NCBI GenBank assembly: GCA_041906885.1
Contig: JAYRII010000014.1
Coordinates: forward strand, 10,059-74,058
Direction: 5' to 3'
From: Candidatus Saccharimonadia bacterium
GTDB taxonomy: Bacteria > Patescibacteriota > Saccharimonadia > CAILAD01 > CAZGYV01
Length of the DNA stretch: 64,000 nt
Shown here: positions 9,586-20,220 of the stretch, one piece after another
Numbering within the stretch: the stretch's first letter is position 1
Layout: each line of letters starts with the position of its first letter
The notes under the pieces: model-generated
Seen by the model: the letters and a program-made list of their open reading frames with translations, nothing else
What the model was told of the DNA's origin: nothing
The model's database searches: none
Position numbers and translations under genes: made by a program

Positions 9586-10785
9586 ATGGCAAAAAAATCT
9601 AATAATACGTTCCCGTCAAAATGGCGAGTATTTTTCACTTGGCTACTAGTAACAATTGGCTGCTTGGCAGTGGCCGCTTTTGTGGCCGTTCATTGGACCG
9701 AACAAGAAATCCTGACTACTGATAACTGGGTGGCAATAGTCGCACCGATTCCCAAGAACGACCAAGTCGCTCAAGCTATTAGCACCTACACCGTCACTCA
9801 GCTGTTTGACTCAATTGATATTCAGGCCAAAATCAAGGAAGCTCTACCTGAGCGAGCCGATTTCCTAGCCCCAGCCCTAGCCTCTACCATCACCTCACAA
9901 ACCCAAAATATTACCAAAAAGTTTATTCAGAGCGATCAATTTCAAAATATTTGGGCATCAGCCAATCGAATAACTCACACCAAGCTAATCGAAGCGGCTA
10001 GAAATACAGCGCCCGTCTCGACTCAACGCACCTTTCAGATCGGTAATACCAAATTTACGCTTGATTTGTCGAGCTTGAGATCATTTGTCAGCTCTCAATT
10101 GCGTTCATCGGATGCCTTTCCAGAGCTACAAACTTCTATCCAGCAACCAAGCCAGATTGTGGCCGACCTCAAGGTCTCTTTCCAACACTTTAAGCGCTTT
10201 GTTCAAACCACTGACACCCTCTACCAAGTCCTGCCATATTTCATTGTCACAAGTTTTCTACTAGCTCTTGCAATCGGCGTCAAGCGGCACCACGTCTTAT
10301 TGGGCATTAGTATCGGTGTTATGCTGATTACTACTTTGCAAATAATCGGCGTCAAGTTACTCCGTCCTGAGATCATCAACCAAGTCCAAAACAGCCTTTA
10401 CCGACCAGCCGCCGGCGTCGTGATCGATTCATTGGTCAATCCATTTAACAGCCTAGCTCGCAACTACTTCGTGACTGGCTTACTCTTGGGAATCATAACG
10501 ATCCTGTTTGGCCCTTACAAATGGTCGCTAGCTATGCGCCACAAGCTCAAGCTGACAGAGATAAAAAAAGCCTCAGTCTTCAACTATGTCCGACTGGCCA
10601 GAGTTTGGACCAGGCAACAAAAAAAATACATCTGGATCGGTGCGACTGTATTGACATTGATATACTTAGCTTTTGCCAATAATCTCGACTGGATTAGAAC
10701 TACTCAAATAATCATGGTTGTACTATCGATTAGTGCTCTGGTTGAGCTTTTTAGCTCTCGCCAAACAACTAAAGTTATTATTTAA
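9586..10785 (+). CDS. membrane protein, hypothetical (N-terminal anchor plus C-terminal TM bundle)
   Basis: 399 aa; hydrophobic segments at N-terminus and residues ~215-330. Confidence 0.45.
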   Translation: MAKKSNNTFPSKWRVFFTWLLVTIGCLAVAAFVAVHWTEQEILTTDNWVAIVAPIPKNDQVAQAISTYTVTQLFDSIDIQAKIKEALPERADFLAPALASTITSQTQNITKKFIQSDQFQNIWASANRITHTKLIEAARNTAPVSTQRTFQIGNTKFTLDLSSLRSFVSSQLRSSDAFPELQTSIQQPSQIVADLKVSFQHFKRFVQTTDTLYQVLPYFIVTSFLLALAIGVKRHHVLLGISIGVMLITTLQIIGVKLLRPEIINQVQNSLYRPAAGVVIDSLVNPFNSLARNYFVTGLLLGIITILFGPYKWSLAMRHKLKLTEIKKASVFNYVRLARVWTRQQKKYIWIGATVLTLIYLAFANNLDWIRTTQIIMVVLSISALVELFSSRQTTKVII

Positions 10786-10848
10786 GAAATTCATATATAT
10801 TTTAATTACTCCCCTATAGTTTTATGGCGGACAACAATTTTATGAAAA

Positions 10849-12456
10849 TTACCATTTAGTTTGAGTATTTAACGATTTTTGAATGGACTCATCGTGGGAG
10901 ATGGAGCTGGCGAGGTCAGTTTTCTGGTGTTCATACTTTATTAGCTGAATTAGAAATCCAGCTAATATACTAAAATTAATCGCCACAAAGACAGCACTAA
11001 TCAAAACTAGTTCGTGAACTGACATATAGGCGCTATTATTAAGTAGCAAGACCGCTCGGATCAAAGCCACAAAGAATATCAGCAACAGCCCATAGAGACT
11101 TAGCTTAACCCAAGACTTCTCGGCGCTAACAACGGACTTGCGCGATACCTCAAATTTTTTCTGAATCCTAATTACTCCCTTGAGGGCCACCAGATGAGTG
11201 AATATACTAGCCAACCCAAAGCACTCCGTGAAAAACAAATGGTATGAACCGCGAGCTGCAATCGCTGTCATGGCAATCGACATCAGCATAAAAGGTATAT
11301 AAACCAAACAAAATCCGACTATATCCATACGGACTGGGCTCTGCAATTGAATGATACAAAAAACCGGAATCAGTATGTAGAGTAGGCGCTGGACGCCTTG
11401 GAGATGAGCTAAAGTAGCACTGAGATAGTTGAGGCGCTGATTAAAAGAAAGGCCGCTAATAACAAGTGGCGAATCCTTTGAGCGCAATAACAAGCCCAGT
11501 GAGCCAGCCGCCCATCTTAAGCGTTGCTTATAAAACTCCTTGAAGCTGGCTGCCTCCAAGCCAAAGGCCAAGGGTTCGTCAACAAAAACAGATTTCCAGC
11601 CGGCGGCGTGTAATCGCAATGAGCTATGTATATCTTCGGTTGCTGTGCCTGTTGCAAAACCTCCAATCCCATCAATCGCCTGGCGTCTTAATAGTGCGCT
11701 CGTACCAACAAAAAAAGCCGAGTTGTAATAGTTTTTGGCCGGCTGAATACACTCATAAAACATGCCCTGCTCAGACCATTGCCTACCCCGACTGTGCTCA
11801 CGATAAAGAAAACTTTTACGATTGTAATAAGTTTGCGGTGTCTGCACAATTCCCACCTCGAGATCATCAAAATATCCAAGCGTACGGTCTAAAAAATTTG
11901 CCTGTGGAATATGATCGCAATCGAGTAGTAATAATATCTCAGCATCTGACAATTTGAGGCCTTGGTTCAAATTTCCGGCCTTAGCATGGCAGTTATTAAC
12001 ACTCGCATGATATATAGCCCCGAGCTGCTGGCAGAGCTGACGTACGGCCGGCCGATTGCCATCATCAAGCACGATCACCTGGCCAATTCCCCTAGATTTT
12101 TTGGCCCGCTGGATAGTGGGTCTAATGATATTAACCGGCTCATTATAGGTTGGTATTAGAGCATCAACGGTATACTTACGTCTGGCTTGGTGGTGTACTG
12201 GGTCATAAATATTTCTGACAATGTAGAGAAACAGGCCAGTCGTAACAAGTCCGTAGATATCGGCTAGAAGTAGTATTGGGCCATACCAAATTGACCAATT
12301 CACCGTACCATTGAGTCGCCAGATAAAATAACTTAATGCAATCACAACATAACCATAAAACGAGATTGCAATCAGCTTTGATTCCGGACGACGCCTAAAT
12401 CTCACTTGATAGCGTTGCTTGACCGTAGTATGACTGGGTTTATTTTTGATCAGCAA
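10849..12456 (-). CDS. family-2 glycosyltransferase, cellulose-synthase-like (BcsA/CESA-type processive GT2)
   Basis: DALIPTYNEP, LDDG, VLLLDCDH (DxD), QTPQTYYN and QRLRWAAGS (QxxRW) processive GT2 motifs, flanked by TM helices. Confidence 0.75.
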   Translation of the reverse strand: MLIKNKPSHTTVKQRYQVRFRRRPESKLIAISFYGYVVIALSYFIWRLNGTVNWSIWYGPILLLADIYGLVTTGLFLYIVRNIYDPVHHQARRKYTVDALIPTYNEPVNIIRPTIQRAKKSRGIGQVIVLDDGNRPAVRQLCQQLGAIYHASVNNCHAKAGNLNQGLKLSDAEILLLLDCDHIPQANFLDRTLGYFDDLEVGIVQTPQTYYNRKSFLYREHSRGRQWSEQGMFYECIQPAKNYYNSAFFVGTSALLRRQAIDGIGGFATGTATEDIHSSLRLHAAGWKSVFVDEPLAFGLEAASFKEFYKQRLRWAAGSLGLLLRSKDSPLVISGLSFNQRLNYLSATLAHLQGVQRLLYILIPVFCIIQLQSPVRMDIVGFCLVYIPFMLMSIAMTAIAARGSYHLFFTECFGLASIFTHLVALKGVIRIQKKFEVSRKSVVSAEKSWVKLSLYGLLLIFFVALIRAVLLLNNSAYMSVHELVLISAVFVAINFSILAGFLIQLIKYEHQKTDLASSISHDESIQKSLNTQTKW

Positions 12457-12516
12457 GCTAGCCCCCCTTTTTTTGACTATTTAATTTTACAGATCATCAA
12501 ACAAGTATCGGTGGTT

Positions 12517-12831
12517 TTATTTTTGTATTGATTGCTTGCAGCCCCATTCTCTCATGTCCTGGATGACTTGATTGAGTGATTGGCCACGGCGGGTCAAGGA
12601 ATAATCAACTCTTGGTGGAACCTGAGCATAGACCTTCTTCTTAACTATTCTGTCTTTTTCCAATTGATGCAAGCGCAGGGATAATGTCCGTGGACTAACA
12701 CCAAGATTATGTTGAATTTCATTAAACCTTTTAGTACCACTCATTAGTTCGAACAAGATCGCCACCGACCATTTATTGCCAATGATTTTGATGGTTTTAT
12801 CCAAACCGCAACTGAAGTAGTTCTCTTTCAT
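12517..12831 (-). CDS. HxlR-family winged-helix transcriptional regulator
   Basis: CGLDKTIKIIGNKWSVAILFEL...KRFNEIQHNLGVSPRTLSLRLHQLEKDRIV. Confidence 0.75.
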   Translation of the reverse strand: MKENYFSCGLDKTIKIIGNKWSVAILFELMSGTKRFNEIQHNLGVSPRTLSLRLHQLEKDRIVKKKVYAQVPPRVDYSLTRRGQSLNQVIQDMREWGCKQSIQK

Positions 12832-12951
12832 ATGTCAATTGTAACACAATGATACTTGCTATACTTAGTATAGCTTCAAATTAACATGTCAAAACTAAAA
12901 CACCGCTCCAGAAGTTTCTAGGCGGCGTTTTGTGATTTGACATCAAACTGG

Positions 12952-13494
12952 CTAAGCCTTGCTTTGCCCAAATGAACGAGCTATTGTAACTGCTCCTGAA
13001 ATCAGGGCGTATACACCAACGACCCATGCAAAAGCAATACCACTCGAAGTTGGGTAGCGTAATACTACAATACCCGCCAAAAGAGCAATGACGCCGGTTA
13101 CGATCAGAAGGGTTCGGCTCTTGGGGTCAACATCCTTATTGATGAAGGCTGATAATAGCTCAACCACACCTTGAACCAAGAATATGAATCCAATCACCAA
13201 GACGAAGGTAGCAACTGATACCAATGGCCGATTGAGCAGATAAATACCTGCCGCAATTTCAATTACACCCAAGATGATGTGCAGAAGCCAATGACTCCCT
13301 TTGCCATGCACGGCAATTCCATTAATGATCTCGACGACACCATCTACTAGCAAGAAAATGGCAAACACAAGTGCGAATATCACTAGTGTCAAGCCAGGCC
13401 ATACGACTGCAATGAGTCCGAGAAAGAACAATGCCAAGCCTTTTACAAGCATTAGCCACATCTCATTGTGTGGCTGTGAAGCTGCTGTTTCCAT
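12952..13494 (-). CDS. HdeD/DUF308-family membrane protein
   Basis: Repeated WxxLxxGIxxIxxGxxL-type helices (LLHIILGVIEIAAGIYLL). Confidence 0.6.
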   Translation of the reverse strand: METAASQPHNEMWLMLVKGLALFFLGLIAVVWPGLTLVIFALVFAIFLLVDGVVEIINGIAVHGKGSHWLLHIILGVIEIAAGIYLLNRPLVSVATFVLVIGFIFLVQGVVELLSAFINKDVDPKSRTLLIVTGVIALLAGIVVLRYPTSSGIAFAWVVGVYALISGAVTIARSFGQSKA

Positions 13495-13981
13495 AACTAC
13501 TCCTCTTTAAAAACTTATTTAATCTGATAATTTAATTATTACTACCTGGAGGTACCAATTGTCAAGCCAAGCGTGATGAATTAGCCTCAAATTATTTTTT
13601 GTGGAGTCTTAAAATCGCATCATAATAAACATTACCAACGAACGCGAAAAGCGTCAAAAGCTCAGCCCAAGCGAGTACCACAATGCTCGTTAGCGGTCAG
13701 TGCTGGGATATGAAAGATCTCAGCTTCTATCATTGCGGCCTGCGGACAAAGGCTGTTTGACTCTAGTCACAAATCTGATTCAGCCACAGGCTGGCCTAGT
13801 TTTAATCAATTCCTCCCAGACGGCACCAAACGAATACCAGATGATGATTACATCATACGTGTGATCGAGATGCTTCGTAACGATGTGATGCCCGCCCCGG
13901 ATGCGTCTTCGATGATGACACGACAGCACCAGCAAATGGTTTTGTATTAATTCAGACGCCATAAATCTTAAACCGTACTAA

Positions 13982-16513
13982 TTAGCGGTAAGAATCCTTC
14001 GGTGGCGGAATAGAGCCGGGTGATGGCGCAGGCGAACCGGCAGGTTGGTCCGGTTTATCGCTCAACACATTTGGAGGTGACGCCTCGGCCTGGCTAGGTG
14101 CATTGGCGGTTGACGTGTTTTCAAGATCCTTCACCCCAAGCGAGATTGTATTACCGGCCCCGACATCGCCGCGCAAGATCTTGGCCGCCACCACATTTTC
14201 AACCAAGTTTTGCATCGCTCGACGCATTGGCCGCGCGCCCAATCGGGGATCGTAGCCGCTATCGACAATGAAGGTCTTAGCTGCCTCATCAAGTGCTACT
14301 TTTATGCCTTGGCTCTCCATTGTTTTATTAAATTGGACTAGAAGCAAATCAACAATGCGCTTTAATTCATCGCGACTCAAGGGTCGGAATAATACGACCT
14401 CATCAAACCGGTTAATCAGCTCGGGACGGAAATAGTTTTTGTTGATTAAGTTGTCCTCGAATTCCTTTTCAAATTGCTCCAGGCTTTGTCCTGCCTCAAT
14501 CCGCTTACGAATATCATCCGCTCCGGCATTGGAAGTACAGATGATAATTGCTTCTTTGAAATTAACCTTTTTGCCATTACTGTCAGTCAATTGGCCTTCA
14601 TCGAGCATCTGTAAAAGTAAATTAAGCACGTCTGGATGAGCCTTCTCGATCTCATCGAGCAATATGACACTAAACGGCCTTTGGCTAACAAGGCGCATGA
14701 AAGTCGATCCGCCAGTCCCAGTATTAGCCGCCGCCAAAAGCCGCGGCACATCAGACTTATCCTGATATTCGGTCATGTCCAAGCGAATCATATTTGCCTC
14801 ACTGCTAAAGTAGATGGCCGCTAACGATTTGGCTAGCTCAGTTTTGCCGACACCGGTCGGACCGAGGAATAAAAAGCTGCCGACCGGCCGCCTGGCATCA
14901 CGCACACCAGCTCGTGATCGACGCAGAGCATTGGCCACCACGCTAACAGCTCGCGTTTGATTGATCATCCGTCCGTGAATCACTTCCTCGAGATTTAAGA
15001 GCTGCTGTTTCTCGGCCACATCAGCCTTTGCCACCTTGGTATTAGTAATCGCCTCCACCGCGCGAGCCACCGAATCTTCTGTCACCACGCTGCCAGCAGC
15101 ATAATTCAAGCTGTCTTCGAGCAAGTTCATCGCCTTAGCCGGAAAAGCCTTACCTTGCTGCAAGTAGCGCGCCGCTAAGCGGTATGTTTCGATTAGAGCT
15201 CGGTAAGTGATGAGCTTTTTGCTGTGCATCTCATAAGCAATCGCCATATCGCCGAGGATCGAAACTGTTGTCGCTTCATCCGGCTCCGTCACATTTACCA
15301 GGTTAAACAGCTGCGACAGTGAAGGGTAAACCGTACCGACCTTATGCCAATCAGCCGGTGTCATTGCCATCACGACCCGCACCTTGCCCTGCTGAATAAT
15401 TGGCAAGATAATTTGAGCGATGTTGACCGCACCTGGTTCATTGGAAAAGAAAATTTGGGCTTCATCAAGAAACAAAATAATATTTTGAGCATGTGCCAAA
15501 TCAGACATGACCCGAATCATAATCTGCTCGAGGTTGACGCCACGGTCAAGATTGGCCGTAATCGAGGTCACCGACAGAGACACAACTTGATCGTAAGCCA
15601 GTACGCCGGCAGTCTCGCCGCGAATTAAGCGATCGGCCAAAGCATAAACCAACTCCGTCTTGCCGACACCAGTTTCACCCACCAGAGCTACGCAATTGCG
15701 ATCGGGCCGCGCTAGATGAGCCTCCATTTGATCGAGCAAATTATGACGCGCCGCCGAGGAAAAATCCAAATTGCCGTTTTGAATCTCCAAGCTAATATTA
15801 TGGGCAAAATTATCTAGCACCGGCGTGAAGCCAGCCGCCCAATCGCGGCCAATGCCACCAAAAACCGACTTCGGCTTCGGTCGCAAATATCGGCGCACCA
15901 CATTTTCCTGCCAATGCAGACCGGCTAAGATATCCTTGGCATTTAAATTAATCGATTGCAAGTAATGCTCAACGCCCTGATTGGTGGTTAGCAGGGCCGC
16001 TGTGATCATACCGGCCGAGATGTAGTCCTCCTGGTAGGACTCACGCAAATACTCAGCCGCCTGCCAAATCTGCTCGCCATCTTGGGGTGCGGTTGAGAGC
16101 AGACCACCAATTGTCTTAGCATCAAGCAAGAAGCGATTGACAAAGAAGCTCTGCTGCCAGACTCCACCAATTGACTGCCAGATACTTTGCGGGCTAGCCG
16201 GAAACTTGAATCGGTAAACAATGTCCGCTGCAAGCATTTGATCAAGTCTGGTTTTATCACGATTCTTTTTAGCCGAGCTATCGAGATTTTTTAAGTCCCA
16301 CGAGAACCAAGTCGCGAGCATGACGCAAACAAGCATTGGCGAGAACAGCAGGTAACCAAGTCCAATGCCCGAAAAGACCAGGTAACACCCGGCCGCTAAC
16401 AACACGAGAATGGTCAGCTTTAAACCAATCATCATCGGCTTTTTAGTTACAGTACCAGCTAATTTAGCCTTTTGTACTCGAGCACTGCTAACGAATTTGT
16501 GCTGCTCGTTCAC
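13982..16513 (-). CDS. Clp/Hsp100-family double-ring AAA+ ATPase (ClpC/ClpB-like) with two N-terminal transmembrane helices and a Pro-rich C-terminal tail
   Basis: Two Walker A boxes (LVGETGVGKTELV; FLFLGPTGVGKTELAKSLA), Walker B ILFLDEAQ / ILLDEIEKAH, sensor GARPMRRAMQ. The N-terminus carries hydrophobic helices MMIGLKLTILVLLAAGCYLVF / LLFSPMLVCVMLATWF. The likely GTG start at 16513 overlaps the TGA of the upstream ORF (GTGA). Confidence 0.8.
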   Translation of the reverse strand: MNEQHKFVSSARVQKAKLAGTVTKKPMMIGLKLTILVLLAAGCYLVFSGIGLGYLLFSPMLVCVMLATWFSWDLKNLDSSAKKNRDKTRLDQMLAADIVYRFKFPASPQSIWQSIGGVWQQSFFVNRFLLDAKTIGGLLSTAPQDGEQIWQAAEYLRESYQEDYISAGMITAALLTTNQGVEHYLQSINLNAKDILAGLHWQENVVRRYLRPKPKSVFGGIGRDWAAGFTPVLDNFAHNISLEIQNGNLDFSSAARHNLLDQMEAHLARPDRNCVALVGETGVGKTELVYALADRLIRGETAGVLAYDQVVSLSVTSITANLDRGVNLEQIMIRVMSDLAHAQNIILFLDEAQIFFSNEPGAVNIAQIILPIIQQGKVRVVMAMTPADWHKVGTVYPSLSQLFNLVNVTEPDEATTVSILGDMAIAYEMHSKKLITYRALIETYRLAARYLQQGKAFPAKAMNLLEDSLNYAAGSVVTEDSVARAVEAITNTKVAKADVAEKQQLLNLEEVIHGRMINQTRAVSVVANALRRSRAGVRDARRPVGSFLFLGPTGVGKTELAKSLAAIYFSSEANMIRLDMTEYQDKSDVPRLLAAANTGTGGSTFMRLVSQRPFSVILLDEIEKAHPDVLNLLLQMLDEGQLTDSNGKKVNFKEAIIICTSNAGADDIRKRIEAGQSLEQFEKEFEDNLINKNYFRPELINRFDEVVLFRPLSRDELKRIVDLLLVQFNKTMESQGIKVALDEAAKTFIVDSGYDPRLGARPMRRAMQNLVENVVAAKILRGDVGAGNTISLGVKDLENTSTANAPSQAEASPPNVLSDKPDQPAGSPAPSPGSIPPPKDSYR

Positions 16514-16878
16514 GGCATCACCCCGCGAATAATAAAGCCGATGACTGCCAGCGGTACAAATGGCCATGCTACAACACAAACTAGTCCGACCACGGCTGTC
16601 AAAACAAAACCGATCGTAGCCGCGATTATAACCATCGTGCGGACGATGAAACCAATCAGGCGCGATAACAGATTATCACCCATGGCCCGCATCATCGGCC
16701 CAAAGCCTTTTCCTGGATAGGTAATTATGCGCCGCCAGGGAGCGAATAGGGTCTTGAGCAAAGTCGGCACCGAGAAGACATACCAAATGTTACGCAAGCG
16801 TGCCCCAAGCTTTTTGATGAGCAACGCCCAGCCTTCCGCATACCACCAGCGAAATAATTCAATAAATACCATAAGCAT
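16510..16878 (-). CDS. small membrane protein, translationally coupled to the Clp-like ATPase
   Basis: 122 aa, 2-3 TM helices. Its stop TGA overlaps the GTG start of the downstream Clp-like gene. Confidence 0.45.
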   Translation of the reverse strand: MLMVFIELFRWWYAEGWALLIKKLGARLRNIWYVFSVPTLLKTLFAPWRRIITYPGKGFGPMMRAMGDNLLSRLIGFIVRTMVIIAATIGFVLTAVVGLVCVVAWPFVPLAVIGFIIRGVMP

Positions 16879-17039
16879 ATTCTAAGCCAATGGGACGCTA
16901 CGAACAACAAGCTGCCCTTACCAGTACCGAATCTTATGCTTTTGCAGTCACGGGATCTCTTCCTTTCGCATCAACAACCTAAACCCGAGACAAGCTCGGA
17001 CTCACGATGCTGGCTCAAGAGGGCGGGATTGTCACTTCG

Positions 17040-17268
<229 letters not shown>

Positions 17269-17470
17269 GCGTCGTTTTAGGCTACAGATTTCGTTGAAAA
17301 ATAAAATCTTTCAACTTCATCTTTCACCATAAAGCCTCCTTTTCAAATCAACAAACAGTTTTCACTTGCTGTATATCAATACACTTTTTGGGGTTCGCAA
17401 GTTGATAAACTTCGGTTTGTTGATTTGATAAGAAAGATTTGTTTTATTCGTAAGAGGGTTCTTATTCGCA
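17269..17470 (-). repeat. tRNA-upstream conserved module (copy 5)
   Basis: Shares ...aaaccgaagtt(t/a)atcaacttgcgaa... and gttgatttgaaaaggagg with the upstream modules of the other four tRNAs. Confidence 0.5.
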
Positions 17471-17595
17471 CCCTAGATAATCATCTTAAGAACAAACCAT
17501 GTATAAAACAAGTGCTTAAAAAATATCCTGCTTCGTACCCGCCCCAAAATAAAGACGGGTACAAAGCAGATGGTCAGGAATCTTGTGGCTATTCC

Positions 17596-17955
17596 TTAGA
17601 GACTGATGGTGGGCGCCCATTTACGCTGGTTAGTGGTCAGGGTGCCGTCTGACGCGCCATCAAGACAGGTCACCTCCACACCGATGCGAGCTCCAGATGG
17701 ATCCCAGGAAGGCACAGCCACCCCCAGCAAACGATGCTGACGGGGCAAATGAGCATTGCGAAGTGGGTCGACCTCGATATGTCCCCCCAGATGAAGACTG
17801 ATCTGATACAGCCATATCTGAAGATGGCCATGCTCTGTGTGCACTTCAAATGCTTCAGCTTGCAGATATTGTTTGAGGGCTTGCCCCAGGAGTGAATCGC
17901 TTGTCCAGCATTTCATCCGACTTGGAAGCAGCTTGATTCCGCCCGAGTCTACCAT
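17596..17955 (-). CDS. hypothetical protein; possibly a truncated metallophosphoesterase remnant
   Basis: VHTEHGHLQIW / HLGGHIEVDP weakly resemble GHTH/GNHD phosphoesterase motifs, but the N-terminal DxH half is missing. GC-rich. Low confidence. Confidence 0.25.
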   Translation of the reverse strand: MVDSGGIKLLPSRMKCWTSDSLLGQALKQYLQAEAFEVHTEHGHLQIWLYQISLHLGGHIEVDPLRNAHLPRQHRLLGVAVPSWDPSGARIGVEVTCLDGASDGTLTTNQRKWAPTISL

Positions 17956-18057
17956 GTCGCTCCTAGTTCTCCGACATCATCTTCAACAATATAAGTTTAT
18001 AGCACATAATACCCGTCTTAGCAATAATAGACGTCGGTATTCAAAGCTTTTCCTTAC

Positions 18058-18294
18058 TTACTTGGATTTATTTAAGGCTATAAAAATAAAACTCACCGTG
18101 ATGACCATAAACGTTATACCAAACATCCAACCGATCGTAATCATCGCGTCGAGTGAGTCACCACAGAGTGACGAGCAGCCGGCCTGAGACTTGAGCAACA
18201 TAGTGCCACTAATTATAAATTCCACAATTACCGCTAAAACTGAGACAATTACCAGCCAGCCATACATTTGTTTTTTAGTCACTCCACCCTCCAA
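18058..18294 (-). CDS. small membrane protein (2 TM), hypothetical
   Basis: 78 aa, hydrophobic. Confidence 0.35.
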   Translation of the reverse strand: MEGGVTKKQMYGWLVIVSVLAVIVEFIISGTMLLKSQAGCSSLCGDSLDAMITIGWMFGITFMVITVSFIFIALNKSK

Positions 18295-18301
18295 ATAATT
18301 G

Positions 18302-19351
18302 TTAGCCTAGCTCACGTTTGAATTTTTCGACTAGCTCGACCGGCGTCGGGTCAATGCCATTTAAAATTCCCAAATAAGCCGAGACATAATCTCCAAGTAG
18401 TATCGTATAAAGCAGCTGCTCCAAATGAGTCCGGCCTTGAGCCTCAACACGAATCGGCGCAAAACCATAGCTTGATAAAACTTGGCCTGTAATCAGTTGG
18501 CGTTTTTTGACTCGCTCGTTGTCTAAGCCTGACTCCAGCTGAATGCAAGTAAGCTCTTTTTTTTCGGGTAAAAGCCAACCTTGCATTTCATTGTGATTGA
18601 GCTCCGAATATTGACTCCAAAAGGCTAGCTGCTTGGCATTTTCATTGATATCAATCTTCCACTTGTATCCCGCTGACCTAAGCTTGGGACCAGCATAAAT
18701 CAAAACTATTTTATCGCGTAGCTTGATGGCCAACTGTCGGGCCAAATTATCATGAGAGTCATCAAGTGATAGGGCTGCTTTTTGGGTGTTTAAGAAATTA
18801 GCCGCCTCAAGCAATTCACGCTCCAAGTCGACCCCCTCGCTCAAGCCCAAGTCCGCCACTAGGCAGGCCAAAGCTTTTAGGGCTGCAAAGACGCTCAAAC
18901 GCGGCTGGCTGACTTTTGGTAGCTTTAGTAATGTATATTTCTTATTAGTCGCAATTTCCAGTAATTTACCACCGGCCGTCAAAATCACTAGCTGGCAATT
19001 CATGCGCTCCGCTTCCTTCATGGCTGCTAAAGCCTCTTCCGTATTGCCGGAATAGCTCGAAATAATAGCCAGCGTTTGTTCATTAATATAGCCGGGCAAG
19101 TCATAATCACGAATAATTTCAAACGGCACTTTTAGCCGCTCGCAAAGCCAGTCGCGCAAAATCTCCGGTGCTAAAGCCGAGCCACCCATGCCCGCCAAGA
19201 CAATATTGCTGACCCTCGCACCCATTTCTTGAGTCAAAGCAAGACCCATTTCATCACCAAAGCTCAAGCTCAAATGATCTGGCTGCGCATCAATCGCATC
19301 GAAGATATGATGACGGTCAAGTTCATCTAGTTTTACAAATGGATCGGTCAT
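18302..19351 (-). CDS. bifunctional phosphoglucose/phosphomannose isomerase (SIS-domain PGI/PMI family)
   Basis: Two SIS-like segments (IVLAGMGGSALAPEI; LAIISSYSGNTEEAL; VILTAGGKL) and overall architecture of archaeal-type PGI/PMI. Confidence 0.7.
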   Translation of the reverse strand: MTDPFVKLDELDRHHIFDAIDAQPDHLSLSFGDEMGLALTQEMGARVSNIVLAGMGGSALAPEILRDWLCERLKVPFEIIRDYDLPGYINEQTLAIISSYSGNTEEALAAMKEAERMNCQLVILTAGGKLLEIATNKKYTLLKLPKVSQPRLSVFAALKALACLVADLGLSEGVDLERELLEAANFLNTQKAALSLDDSHDNLARQLAIKLRDKIVLIYAGPKLRSAGYKWKIDINENAKQLAFWSQYSELNHNEMQGWLLPEKKELTCIQLESGLDNERVKKRQLITGQVLSSYGFAPIRVEAQGRTHLEQLLYTILLGDYVSAYLGILNGIDPTPVELVEKFKRELG

Positions 19352-19488
19352 GAAATTATTATAACACCTTAAAAATTTAGTTTGCTTTTATTATAACAAA
19401 CCCCGCTCAAGGCTATTTACAGCACGCCACCTTTTTAGTTTAATAATATGCATGTTCTTCGACAAATGAGCGACCAAAAGGAAAACTG

Positions 19489-20220
19489 ATGAATGTTCGT
19501 GAGCGCATCTACAGCTTTTTTGCGATTCAAGCACACCGGTGGCAAGTCCGACACTATTTCCAGCCTGCTATCATCATGCTCTACCTCGTGGCAATCGTCT
19601 TCGCCGACGAACGCCAAAGAGTAGAGCTATGGCAGCAAGTCGGAGTCAATCTGACTAAACTGTCTGGCGGCTTACTCAAAACCTCTGCCAGCAAGTCGGC
19701 TGATTGGTGCTTCCGGACAGCCTTACGGCACGGTGACGCGCGTCAGAAGGGTGCCATCCACCGTGATCAAGCCGAGCTTTTGAGCAAGCTTGGCCGCTTC
19801 GAGGAAGCTCAGCAGCATATTCGCTTATCGGCCAAGCTACTCCTTAGAGCCCAAGACGAAGACGGCTTGCTTCTAACTAGGATTATTAGATCTATAGTCT
19901 ACTGCCGCTGGGCGATTAGCTTGCCATTTGGACAGGAGCGCAGCAATCTGTTGTGTAATGCTTACGACAGCCTGAACAAAGTCCTTCGCGAAAAGGACAT
20001 CTCAGCCCGCCAGAATTTGATAGCACAGCTCTGGTTGTCCGACATTTGCCTAGAACTTTATAGGGAAAAGCGTGAGATTGATTGGCTAATCGATGCCGAT
20101 CTTGCCAGCCACACAGCCCTAATGCTACTGGTACTAAGTGAATCTGGCTCGCAGGCTCACATCCACCGAGTTGAAGCCCAGATCAGAACCATCCTCGAAT
20201 GGAAAGAAGCACTAGCATGA
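19489..20220 (+). CDS. hypothetical helical protein
   Basis: 243 aa; no motif recognised. GC-richer. Confidence 0.4.
   Translation: MNVRERIYSFFAIQAHRWQVRHYFQPAIIMLYLVAIVFADERQRVELWQQVGVNLTKLSGGLLKTSASKSADWCFRTALRHGDARQKGAIHRDQAELLSKLGRFEEAQQHIRLSAKLLLRAQDEDGLLLTRIIRSIVYCRWAISLPFGQERSNLLCNAYDSLNKVLREKDISARQNLIAQLWLSDICLELYREKREIDWLIDADLASHTALMLLVLSESGSQAHIHRVEAQIRTILEWKEALA

Noticed and set aside
13780-13962. 60-aa His-rich ORF (HHRRRIRGGHHIV...)
   Set aside because: Too short and without flanking support; possibly a desaturase/hydroxylase gene remnant but cannot be supported.
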